From: a virus
Virus record (IMG/VR): IMGVR_UViG_3300005534_000001
Location: 1 to 64,000 of that record
DNA: 64,000 bases
Reading direction: 5' to 3' (one strand)
Both the position numbers and the translations under genes were made by a program. This document shows, in pieces, positions 19,501 to 28,808 of this stretch. Numbering within the stretch: the first letter of the stretch is position 1; every line of letters starts with the position of its first letter. A model generated the notes under the pieces. It was not told where the DNA came from, did not search any database, and saw only the letters and a list, made by a program, of their open reading frames with translations.

Positions 19501-20661
19501 TTACAAATATTTGACTACAAACGGCTGTCTTGGCGTACCGGGCTTCTTGTATTTCTTGTCCAAATGGTCGGACTTCGGATGCTCTTTCTGGAAATCGGCT
19601 TCTAGTGCCGCAAACTCTTCAGGTTGCCCACCCTTCAGCCATTCAACAAAATGAAGTATCCGGCCAATCGTTCCACCTTCGGCTTCGAGGGCTTTGCCAT
19701 CCCAGGACATCGGCGGCTTACCTTTGACCCATGAGACCCTAGCGCCCATGCTAGGTACTTCCAATTTGCCGATATTTTTCTCGGTCATCCGCTCTTTGAT
19801 GACGTTCTCAATCTGCTCTTCTGTAAATTGGAGTTTGTCAATCTCTTCCCGAATCTCTTTCAGGTCAGACAGGACTTGGTAAAACGAATCATCGGAAACG
19901 TACTCCGTGTCCGGCTTCTCTCCTGCCATTGCCATTAGAGCTACAGCACCCAGGCATGAGCGTCTGTACTGGCAACCATGGCAACGCTTGTTACCGTCCT
20001 TGAATTCTGGTTTATCGGGCAATGGCAAACTCGGATTGGTTACCAGTGGCCAGAAGTTCTCAGCACGGCGTTGGATCTCAACAATCAGAATCGAATTGGC
20101 TGTGAATGCATAGGTGATCATCTGGAAACTGCTCATGTCCATGATCGCCATTACGCCCCATTTGTAGCCCCTTGCTCCGATACCGTGTTGAACTTGGGCA
20201 ACGTAATCGAATGGAATGCCGGACTTGATTACTGAGGCAAAGGCCCACTGGTTCGCACTCTTGCACTCCAAATAGCCAGGACCACAGGCACCCTCCAATT
20301 TCAGATCAGGCCAATGAACCAAAATCTCTTCTGTGGTCACAGACACAATTTGCCTGTCCATGTTCACGCCGATGAACGGCTTATCGGCCATGACAAACGT
20401 AGGAGTTCGGCGCACTTTCATTCCAAACATACGGCTGAATTTGTCGGCAATGATGTCCTCGACTTCGTTCCCGCGCTCCAGCATGTCCTTCTCTTTTTGG
20501 GTGCGCTCGTAATCTGGAGTGATGCCACGCTTGATGTAAGTGAGACGGCGCGGACACCCGTATTGGCTTTCTTCGGGGAAAAGGCTGGCTGCCTCAGATC
20601 CTCCCACGAAGCCCTTTCGTCGCTCAAGGAATAATTGCCGTTCTGCTGTTTCGGTTGGCAT
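19501..20661 (-). CDS. YqaJ / lambda-exonuclease-family recombination nuclease
   Basis: RRKGFVGGSEAA, G...E..I, MDR, LECKS, Y.AQVQH. Confidence 0.9.
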   Translation of the reverse strand: MPTETAERQLFLERRKGFVGGSEAASLFPEESQYGCPRRLTYIKRGITPDYERTQKEKDMLERGNEVEDIIADKFSRMFGMKVRRTPTFVMADKPFIGVNMDRQIVSVTTEEILVHWPDLKLEGACGPGYLECKSANQWAFASVIKSGIPFDYVAQVQHGIGARGYKWGVMAIMDMSSFQMITYAFTANSILIVEIQRRAENFWPLVTNPSLPLPDKPEFKDGNKRCHGCQYRRSCLGAVALMAMAGEKPDTEYVSDDSFYQVLSDLKEIREEIDKLQFTEEQIENVIKERMTEKNIGKLEVPSMGARVSWVKGKPPMSWDGKALEAEGGTIGRILHFVEWLKGGQPEEFAALEADFQKEHPKSDHLDKKYKKPGTPRQPFVVKYL

Positions 20662-20663
20662 TG

Positions 20664-21514
20664 CTATTCTCCTACCAGTTTTCTGAGTTCTCCGAGTGGG
20701 CCGCCAGAAGCACCATAAAACGCGATCACTGCCTTGGCTGCTTTGACAAGTTTTTCTACTCTGTCTTGTGCTTCTTGCTTGTGCTGGTGCATGGCTCTTG
20801 TAATTACGGCATGATCCCTAATTGTCGATTGCCGTCCTGTATCGCGCCCCTTGTCGAATGCCTGCTGGAGATTATCTGCTAGCCATTCGCCGACAATCCG
20901 AGAAATGTCTTCATGTTTGGTGTACTCGTAAATCAGCAACCGGCATTTTTCTTGCAGTTCGGCAGCGGTATACCACTTCATCGTCTTTGCCTCTGTGAAA
21001 GCATTTACCGCCTCAATGATCCTGTCCGCATTGGCTTCTGTGACTGATTCGCAGATGAGGTACCCGCCATAGTATTCAACATCGCCAGTACCATTGCAGC
21101 CGCCATCTATTGGAACATCTGCGACAACGCAATCCGGCCTAATGCCCTTGCGCCACGGCGTAGGAGTTGGCTGAGGTGTGGGCTTGGGGAAGAGCACATT
21201 CAATGCGGCCTGAGCTTTGAATATCCATGAGAATCGTATGCTTTCGCTGGCCACTGACCACGGTGAACGAATAACATTGGCTGGCTGCTCGTACATCTTT
21301 TGGGCGAGTTCTTCGGCTGTCATCGGCTGCCCGCCCTTCTTTGCAGAGACTTGGCCTTCCGCAATTGGCGCTCATGCTTAGAGTGGATAGTTTTATTGCG
21401 CTGTGACTTTCGGTGAGAACGGACGGCCTGACGTGCCCACTGTTCAGGGGTAGGCGCGATATTTGAACGAATCGGGTTTATTCCAAAGAGGCTTGCCAGA
21501 AATCGGATGTTCAT
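20664..21514 (-). CDS. two hypothetical ORFs (20664-21323, 21320-21514)
   Basis: PTPW...ANADRI..AVN motif common in phage early proteins. Confidence 0.6.
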
Positions 21515-21675
21515 TATTTGCCTTTGAGATCGTAAATGGTTTGCTGCATGGTCGCTCTCAGGATGTAAACGCGCATCGTTTGGCCGCGTAAATCAGCGGC
21601 TTTCTTAACTTTGTCTCGCTGGATTGCAGAGTCAAACCTGAGAGGGTAAACGTTGGATTGTGGCTTGGGTTTCAT
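21514..21675 (-). CDS. ribbon-helix-helix DNA-binding protein
   Basis: YPLRF...RDKVKKAADLRGQTMRVYILRA (Arc/DUF1778-like); start moved to ATG 21675. Confidence 0.7.
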   Translation of the reverse strand: MKPKPQSNVYPLRFDSAIQRDKVKKAADLRGQTMRVYILRATMQQTIYDLKGK

Positions 21676-21685
21676 TGCAGATAAG

Positions 21686-21714
21686 AATATACAGACATGA
21701 TATTTAGATGTCAA
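21686..21714 (-). promoter_or_regulatory. sigma70-type promoter of the recombination operon, near-leaderless
   Basis: TTGACA-17 nt-TATATT, 10 nt before ATG, no SD. Confidence 0.7.
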
Positions 21715-21810
21715 GATGTAAGTGCAAATAAAAACCGGCGAATCAAGCCCGACTCGCCGGTCATTCTCGCATTGAATATCCCGAGAGTAGATATATTCAG
21801 GCCAGATGTT

Positions 21811-22434
21811 TTAAGGCCAATCAAGCACAACATCGGTCGGCTGGAGCGGCTGAGTCCATCGCCACGAATTGGTACTGGTGATGATCTTCTCGTAGCCGTT
21901 ACCCTCCATGTTGGCAACGAGAATGCGTTCATCTCCAGTTGCGCGGTTTTTTACTTCTTCCAGCGTTTCGACTGTCCCGCCAAGGTAGTACATTGGACTC
22001 GTGTCGATAACGCTGGAATCAAGATCATCGTTGGAGCGCCCACGAGTCGTAAAGCGAAACCCGTAAGGCGTAGCTCCATGTCGTTCCTTGATTCCCTTAG
22101 CCAGCGTCTTAGCGGTTTCTACATCCCACGATTCGATTGGCTCAGTTGACGACTCAGCCACAAACGTTCCGGGGCTGTAAAAGGTTACAAAATGCTGTTG
22201 CATAGTTTATTCTCCGTTCGGTGGATTGCCGGTATCGCCTTCGCTCTTCTTGTTTGCAGATCCCTTTGGCCGGCCTCCGCGTTTCTTCTTTGGCGGCTCC
22301 GCCGGTTGACCGTCTACGATCTCAAGAAGAGTTTCGTTTACGGCGATGTCGAAGGCATGTATCGTATCATCGTCCTTCTCGTTTTCGATGATGAAGTTTG
22401 CCCGAAGGCGTTGAATTAATTCGCGTGTTGTCAT
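21811..22434 (-). CDS. two hypothetical ORFs (21811-22203; 22207-22434 with AT-hook-like KKRGGRPKGS)
   Basis: HFVTFYSPGTFVAE...ER.GA.PYGF.F.TR pattern; AT-hook-like motif. Confidence 0.6.
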
Positions 22435-22988
22435 TTGTCTCCTCTGTAAGAATTGTATTCATTTTGTTTGTCTGTAACACTGCTTCTCTTTAGGCCCATG
22501 CATACCACTTTCCATGTGTCTCCGCCGAATATCAGCATGGCCCCTTCTCCGTTAGCCACGGTCTCAGCGCGGAACTTAAAATGAGTTGCATTAATGTTGT
22601 GCAGGAATCTGAAGAGCAAACTGCGGTCTACCGTATGACCAAATACAAATGATATTTCCATGTCATCCTCGTCTGTGCGCTTGCAGATGTGATCCACTTC
22701 GCAATGTTCGCAATGGCGTTGAATAGTCTGCAACCACCTCTTAAACGGCTCCATTTTATATTCTTGTTCCCCAAGCGCGGCCTCAATATACTTCCGTACA
22801 GCCTTGATACCGCGCTGGTCTTCTTCGATCCTGGAGTTGTCTTGTATTGCAACTAGCGAGTTGCCATCGGTCGCAACAACGAAAAGCCCACTGCGGAATG
22901 GATTCGCCGTAAACGGATTGCGCGCGGTCATGGAAATATCTTCAGAGCACAGATCACTCATCCATTCGATACTAGAGTTAAGAGGCAT
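22431..22988 (-). CDS. protein with a sliding-clamp (beta)-like segment
   Basis: VVATDGNSLVAI and C-terminal VVCMGLK resemble clamp-domain-like phage proteins. Confidence 0.4.
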   Translation of the reverse strand: MPLNSSIEWMSDLCSEDISMTARNPFTANPFRSGLFVVATDGNSLVAIQDNSRIEEDQRGIKAVRKYIEAALGEQEYKMEPFKRWLQTIQRHCEHCEVDHICKRTDEDDMEISFVFGHTVDRSLLFRFLHNINATHFKFRAETVANGEGAMLIFGGDTWKVVCMGLKRSSVTDKQNEYNSYRGDK

Positions 22989-23013
22989 AGATGTTTATCC
23001 TTCCGCGTAGAAA

Positions 23014-24340
23014 TTATTTGATCAGGTCGGAAAGCTCCGAAAAGTAGATCTCGATATCACTAAATCCCGAGGAGTGCCCATGCTCATAAGCGATGTAGTA
23101 GGCTTTCTCAAACTTCGGATTGCCTGTTACGCCGTACTCTTCACCGAGTAGGCGCTTGAAAATATCTGTCTTGATGCAGTGGATTGATCCATTAATCTCT
23201 TGCCGTTCTCGCTTCAGCGCGCGATTGTGGTCTTTCAATTCTTCCTGTTTTTTACGGCTATCCTCATTCGGGAGTAACAGTCTGTTCGTTTCGATCGTGG
23301 CCGCAATCTTCAATAGACGCTCTTCTAGAGGCTTAACTTGGGGTGCCGCCAATTCATCAATCTGTTCGTAAACCATTTCCTTACCCTTCCGCTGACATCT
23401 CAACGCCAGCAAGTTCTTCATCAATCTTCCCGAGTGCTTGCCAATTGAACGGAAACTCTTTTCCACATGAAAGGCACACTCGGTACGATATAGGCTTACC
23501 CTTCGCGGCTGGCCAGCATCTCGTAGCCCTACGTGTCTGATTCTGAAGCGTGAAGACGCGGGAGAGATTCGAATGTGAGCAGCCGAAGATAAGCATCAAG
23601 AGGCTCACAGCGAGACCTCGGTAATCTCCGTGATTGGCGTTGTTGTAATCGTTGAATACTCGCCGACAAGTGAGAACTCCAAGTGCATCTCGCGTCCCAC
23701 ATACCCCATCTTCAGCATTGAGGTTCCCCAGGTAGAGCCATGGATATTGGCGCGAACAGGGACAGGGCACAAGCGCTGGTTGCCAGAAATCCAGAATTCA
23801 TTCTCGCCGCGTCTCTCAATAAAGTAGAGCGTGTTCTTTGTTTGGACTTTCAGCCCTTTGCCGACTGGCAGGACATTCCCTTTTGCCTTCGCTTCAGCGT
23901 GAGCAATTGAGGCGGACTCCTCGGGCATCTGAAGCCAGACTCCGCCATCTATTTCGCTCTTGGTAATCTTTGAGTTGATATCGTCGCTGAGATCTGGATG
24001 GTTCATTTATTTTCCTTTCACCAGATGAAAAGTAAGCAGACTACAAAATAGCCAATACCGCTCTGTCCATGATTGAGATAGGCCCAGTACCCGCAAACCA
24101 AGGCAGCCGCAAACGTAGCAAGCCACTTACTCGTATATTTACTTCCACAGGTACATTGCCGTGGCTCTTCTTGGATGTCTGTCATGTCTTTCCTTTCGCG
24201 CATTTCACGCAGCGCATTTGCTTGATTGTCGGCTTACGCTTTGCCGGTTTCCAGACTTCATGCCCGCATTCCAATTGAATGCACCATACATTCTCGTTCA
24301 TTGGAGAGCGGTCAATTCGCGTTACGTTCTTGATGGACAT
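23014..24340 (-). CDS. cluster of short hypothetical ORFs (23014-23376, 23381-23608, 23605-24006, 24018-24185 membrane, 24182-24340)
   Basis: Coupled ORFs with RBSs. Confidence 0.5.
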
Positions 24341-24633
24341 TGGCCTCGCGCTTTCTTGATAACTGCCTTGGCATCAATTAATCTCTCGGACAATCATTCG
24401 GGAATATCCCGTCCATCAGTAGCCGACTCTACGATGGCCTCTAGGGATGCCAGCAAGGCAACTGTATACCGCTCATCCAAATCCGAAGCGTCAACCGGCT
24501 CCATCTGCTCATCAATCACTAGAGCGGCAGACCGTATCTGCTCTTCTCTGTGTACCATGATTTGACGAAATGGATAAAGAACAATCTCGGCTGCGACTAG
24601 TGCCTCTTCGCTGGGCTGTTTGGTTTCGCTCAT
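24322..24633 (-). pseudogene. hypothetical gene with in-frame TGA at 24394-24396
   Basis: LLASLEAIVESATDGRDIPE*LSERLIDAKAVIKKARG; the common LL..L...A.A.I.KA.G motif spans the stop (TGG>TGA likely). Confidence 0.65.
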
Positions 24634-24998
24634 CTGTACCTCCCACATTCCACTTCAATTTCGGTCAAAACGCCCGCTAGCTCTTCATCGTCCAAGTCGG
24701 CATAAGTGAAAGTTCGCTCGGAAGATACATCCTGAAGCAGTGCGCACCATTCGGACATAAACTGCTCAAACGCCGGAGTCATTGCTGGCGTTGCGAACGT
24801 TTCACTCTTTACGCCATCTTTTCCCGAGGGACACCGGGCGGTATAGTTGTGCTCATGCAGCCACGGATTGCCGGGAGAATCATACTTGGATATCTTGGCG
24901 ATGCGATCGCCGCAACTCCCACAGGTTGAGCGCGGGGAGTCGTAACTGAACATTGCTTGCCCGGATTTGATTAGCAACCACTCCCGTTCGGCTCTCAT
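24630..24998 (-). CDS. hypothetical protein
   Basis: GGAGG RBS; C..CG..I...W.H motif; first gene after a promoter. Confidence 0.6.
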   Translation of the reverse strand: MRAEREWLLIKSGQAMFSYDSPRSTCGSCGDRIAKISKYDSPGNPWLHEHNYTARCPSGKDGVKSETFATPAMTPAFEQFMSEWCALLQDVSSERTFTYADLDDEELAGVLTEIEVECGRYR

Positions 24999-25043
24999 AG
25001 TGACCTCCGTTTATTGCCAGTCGAATGACTGTTTGCAGCCCAA

Positions 25044-25112
25044 ACCTTAAACCAGCGAGAAGCGATTGTCAACAAAATAATTGTTGATTCTTTTTGGAGC
25101 GTGTGCAATACT
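25044..25112. promoter_or_regulatory. back-to-back divergent promoters
   Basis: Minus: TTGACA-17-TAAGGT. Plus: TTGATT-17-AATACT, 8 nt before ATG 25121, no SD. Confidence 0.6.
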
Positions 25113-25120
25113 GATTTTCG

Positions 25121-26218
25121 ATGACACTTAGGGTATCGCTTACGGCAGATGTTTCTCGCCTACTCTCCGCAAATGCTGTCGTTGCAATTGGCGTGTCTGG
25201 CGGGAAAGACTCGGACGCCTGCGCAATCACGGTAAGCCGTTACCTTAAAGAGATTGGTCACACTGGGCCGAAAGTTCTCATTCATGCCGACCTCGGGCGA
25301 ACTGAGTGGAAGGATTCGCTGCCTTCGTGCGAACGGTTGGCCGCTAACATTGGCTGGCCATTGATAGTTTGCAGCCGCAAGGCTGGCGACATGATGGACC
25401 GCTGGCTTACCCGCTGGAAAAACAACGTTGCCCGGTACGCCGATCTATCTTGCGTGAAATTGATTCTCCCCTGGTCAACAGCTTCCATGCGCTTCTGCAC
25501 TTCGGAGATGAAGACGGCGGTAATCTGCTCCGAACTTCGCAAGCGCTTCCCGACCCAAGACATTTTGAACGTCACCGGGATTCGCCGGGAAGAAAGCCAC
25601 TCCCGCGCAAAGATGCCAGTTTCGGCAGTGCTCAAGAAGCTCCAGAAAAACAACGCTGCCGGGATTAGCTGGAATGCCATTATCGAGGAGCGGAAAGAGC
25701 AAGTCTTCGTCCAGATCGCAAGCGCCGGACTGCAATTGCATGAAGCTTATGAGACTTACGATTCCACGCGGGTAAGCTGCGTGTTCTGCATCTTGGGTTC
25801 ACAGCGCGACCTAAAAGCCTCCGCTGCCTGCGCAGACAACGTTCCAACCTACATCGAAATGGTCACACTGGAAGCCGATTCCACTTTCTCATTCCAGTCT
25901 GATAAATGGCTGGCCGATGTTGCGCCGCATTTGTTGAGTGCCGAACTGCGAGAGCGCGTCCAGATCGCCAAAGCCAAGGCAATCCAGCGCGAAGAGATTG
26001 AATCGGTAATTCCAAAACATCTGCTCTACGTGAAGGGCTGGCCGGTTGCGATGCCGACCGAGGCCGAGGCAGAGATGCTGGCCGGAGTCAGGCGCAAAAT
26101 CTCAGAGCTTATTGAGATTCGGGCGAAGTGTTTGACTGGGCCTGAAGTCATTGCCCGGTACGCCCAACTAATGGCTGAAAAATCGGCCAAAATTCTCAAA
26201 AGAGGATATTCAAAATGA
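25121..26218 (+). CDS. PAPS-reductase-family (DndC/CysH-like) protein 2
   Basis: VSGGKDS, HADLG..EW, RFCTSEMK, GIRREES..R, LH.AY...STRVSCVFC. Confidence 0.9.
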   Translation: MTLRVSLTADVSRLLSANAVVAIGVSGGKDSDACAITVSRYLKEIGHTGPKVLIHADLGRTEWKDSLPSCERLAANIGWPLIVCSRKAGDMMDRWLTRWKNNVARYADLSCVKLILPWSTASMRFCTSEMKTAVICSELRKRFPTQDILNVTGIRREESHSRAKMPVSAVLKKLQKNNAAGISWNAIIEERKEQVFVQIASAGLQLHEAYETYDSTRVSCVFCILGSQRDLKASAACADNVPTYIEMVTLEADSTFSFQSDKWLADVAPHLLSAELRERVQIAKAKAIQREEIESVIPKHLLYVKGWPVAMPTEAEAEMLAGVRRKISELIEIRAKCLTGPEVIARYAQLMAEKSAKILKRGYSK

Positions 26219-26433
26219 AGAACGGAAAGTCAAAACTCCTGACTCGCGCTGAGACGCTGAACAGGATTGCAAAAGTCCAAGGAGAAAAGACAGATGTGGA
26301 ATTTGCCCGAGAGTTAGGCGTTTCTCCGGCCACGCTGTCATCCATCAAGCGAGGGATTCAAAGGCCCAATGGAGAAGTGCTGGAATTCATTGGACTGAGA
26401 ATGACTGAGCTTTACGAAGAGGTGAAGAAATGA
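26215..26433 (+). CDS. XRE-family HTH protein
   Basis: EFARELGVSPATLSSIKRG.QRP. Confidence 0.85.
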   Translation: MKNGKSKLLTRAETLNRIAKVQGEKTDVEFARELGVSPATLSSIKRGIQRPNGEVLEFIGLRMTELYEEVKK

Positions 26434-27121
26434 GTTGCTCCTGTCCCGAAACAAATTGGATGGATGGCAAAGGACATGACCCAGGATGCCGATTGTACTT
26501 GCCCAGAACTGTTCCGCAATATTCATTTTGTGAAACGGTAACCGCTGGGCCTCAAACGCCGTGGCATATTCGAAGACTGACTAGCAAAGGCCGAATGCTT
26601 GGCGGTGGGGCTGATACCCATTCGCTCTGTGATCGCAAAGTGGCATGGGATTTGAACGTGGAACTTACTGAGCATCACCTGGGTCATTGCTGTAAGCACT
26701 GTCGCGAAATCTACAAAGACAATGCGGTACCCAAGAAATGAACGGTATTCTTTGGGTCGTAGAAATGCGCAAAGAAAAACGCTTTGCTTCGTGGCGCATC
26801 GCAAACATTCTGTATAGTCACCGGGAAGCGAAAACGGAAATGCGTGAACTGAAGACCATTGATAAGAACTCCGGTGAATCAGGGAAGTATCGGTACCGAG
26901 TCGCCAAGTACGAGCGAACTGCGATTGAGAATTGAGGAGGAGCCACAATGCCGCGATTCGAAGTAAAAATCAACCGGGAAATTGAAAGCTATGCGCTCGT
27001 TACAGTTGAGGCGCGGGACGAACAAGAAGCAGAAGTGCTGGCGCTTATCGAAGTGCGTAGCGCATACTTCACACAGACAATCCGCCATGAGTATACTGGG
27101 CGAATCACCGAGATTCCTTAA
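26430..27121 (+). CDS. three short hypothetical ORFs (26430-26741, 26738-26935, 26948-27121)
   Basis: Coupled starts; GAGGAG RBS. Confidence 0.55.
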
Positions 27122-27124
27122 AAG

Positions 27125-27667
27125 ATGATCCCCTGGGCCACAAAACGAGTCAACAAGATCAGCGCCAAGCAGAAAGTAAAGCTTGGCGAACTGGCCGAGG
27201 TCCGCGCCGGTTGGTGGAATAATCATCTTACAAGCGGGAAGCCTCTAACATGCGGAATCTGCAACGAGCCGATATTGAGATTTAGCGACTTGGCCAACGA
27301 CCATATTCAGCCTGGAGGTTTCGGCTGGAGAAATCACGCGGAATCCAATCTTCAGCCGGCGCACAAGATTTGTAATATTGAAAAAGCTTCTGTTAGAAAC
27401 TACAAGGGCAAGACAAAGACAGTCCCAAGAAAGCCAGGACGCGCTATGACAAAGCCTGAGATCGAAGCTTACCTAAAATCGCTCAAGTGTTTTTGCGGCA
27501 ACGAAAAAGGAAACGAGAGGCCATGTTGCCTGACGTGCCATGCGCGGTTATCTCCGCAATTGCGATTGGACCTAGCGCGGACTGGAGCTGAGAAACCAAC
27601 GTTCAAAGAGTACGTTGAGATTCTGCGCGAAGTCGAATTGCAGATTCTTAGGGAGTTCGTGGCGTGA
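27125..27667 (+). CDS. HNH-family protein with C-terminal Cys cluster
   Basis: CGIC...DHIQP...NLQPAHKICN..K. Confidence 0.75.
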   Translation: MIPWATKRVNKISAKQKVKLGELAEVRAGWWNNHLTSGKPLTCGICNEPILRFSDLANDHIQPGGFGWRNHAESNLQPAHKICNIEKASVRNYKGKTKTVPRKPGRAMTKPEIEAYLKSLKCFCGNEKGNERPCCLTCHARLSPQLRLDLARTGAEKPTFKEYVEILREVELQILREFVA

Positions 27668-28581
27668 GGCCTCTCTGCGTGGATCTGTTTTCTGGTTTGC
27701 ATGGCTGGTCTGAGCCTTTCGTTTTGGAAGGCTACCGCGTAAAAGCCTATGACATCGTGGACATGTGCGCCGAGTTGGGCGAGAACCGAAGAGACGGCAT
27801 TGAGTTGTTTCTCCGCGACGTGCGCACGATTCACGGTTCCGAATTCGCAGATGCCGCCGTAATCGTTGCTTCGCCGCCATGCCAGAAATACTCCTACATG
27901 GCAATGCCCTGGTCCCGCGCCAAGACGCTGGCCGCCTGGTACCGGGAAAGTCCAGAGCGCATTGAGCAATTAAACGAACTATTTAATGCCTGCTTCCGAA
28001 TCCAACGGGAAGCCTGCGAAGTGGCCGGCCGGTACATTCCGCTGATCGTGGAGAATGTGAAAGGGGCACAACCCTGGGTAGGCCGTGCCGCTTGGCATTT
28101 TGGAAGTTTTTATCTTTGGGGTGACGTGCCCGCGCTGATGCCTATCGCCAAAAGCCTGAAGAATACCGGCGGCTCATGGTTTGATGTTGCGCACAACACG
28201 ACGAGCGGACTTGGGAATAATCCAGTCAACAGAGATGGCGAGAAACTCCCCGGCAACAATTCAGAGAGACGCTGGGAAGACAGACCGATTCAGCGGCTCC
28301 GAGACGCAACCAAGGTTTCCGGCCAGAACTGGAGCACCTTCAAAGAGACCGGCGTAGTCTCTCCGCACTGGCGGATGCAAAGCCAGAATGTTTCCAGTAT
28401 AAATGGCCTTAAGATTAATGGCCCAGAGCGCGAACGAGATTTGAAGCCTGGGGAATTCGGCAAGAAGATGGCAGACGGAACATCGAAAAGCCTCAAGCGT
28501 AAGGCTGCCTCTGCTCAGATAGCCCGTATCCCTTTCCCGCTGGCCCAGCACATTGCCCGCTGTTTTAAGGAGAAAGCATGA
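27664..28581 (+). CDS. DNA cytosine-5 methyltransferase-like protein
   Basis: Motif I DLFSGLHGW, motif IV SPPCQ, motif VI ENV. Confidence 0.8.
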   Translation: MRPLCVDLFSGLHGWSEPFVLEGYRVKAYDIVDMCAELGENRRDGIELFLRDVRTIHGSEFADAAVIVASPPCQKYSYMAMPWSRAKTLAAWYRESPERIEQLNELFNACFRIQREACEVAGRYIPLIVENVKGAQPWVGRAAWHFGSFYLWGDVPALMPIAKSLKNTGGSWFDVAHNTTSGLGNNPVNRDGEKLPGNNSERRWEDRPIQRLRDATKVSGQNWSTFKETGVVSPHWRMQSQNVSSINGLKINGPERERDLKPGEFGKKMADGTSKSLKRKAASAQIARIPFPLAQHIARCFKEKA

Positions 28582-28808
28582 AAGTAATGCGCATGTGGCC
28601 GGCAGAAGGCGATAGTGGAGAACCGCGTAACCATGCATTCGAGCAAGGCGGTAATGACTACACGCTTTGTGGTTACACGCTGGACGGTGATGAACTCGTA
28701 GTCAAAGACAATAAGATCATTGAAGGCCAAATAACCTGTGAGCAATGCTGGGCAATCATTGAGTACTGTCGGACAATCAAACAGCGGAAGATCGGCGAAG
28801 AGCCTTAA
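28578..28808 (+). CDS. small Zn-binding hypothetical protein
   Basis: H...TLCG...ITC..C. Confidence 0.6.
   Translation: MKVMRMWPAEGDSGEPRNHAFEQGGNDYTLCGYTLDGDELVVKDNKIIEGQITCEQCWAIIEYCRTIKQRKIGEEP

Noticed and set aside
35-25000. Numerous plus-strand ORFs in the early arm and minus-strand ORFs in the late arm
   Set aside because: Antisense shadows of coupled, RBS-bearing genes on the opposite strand.
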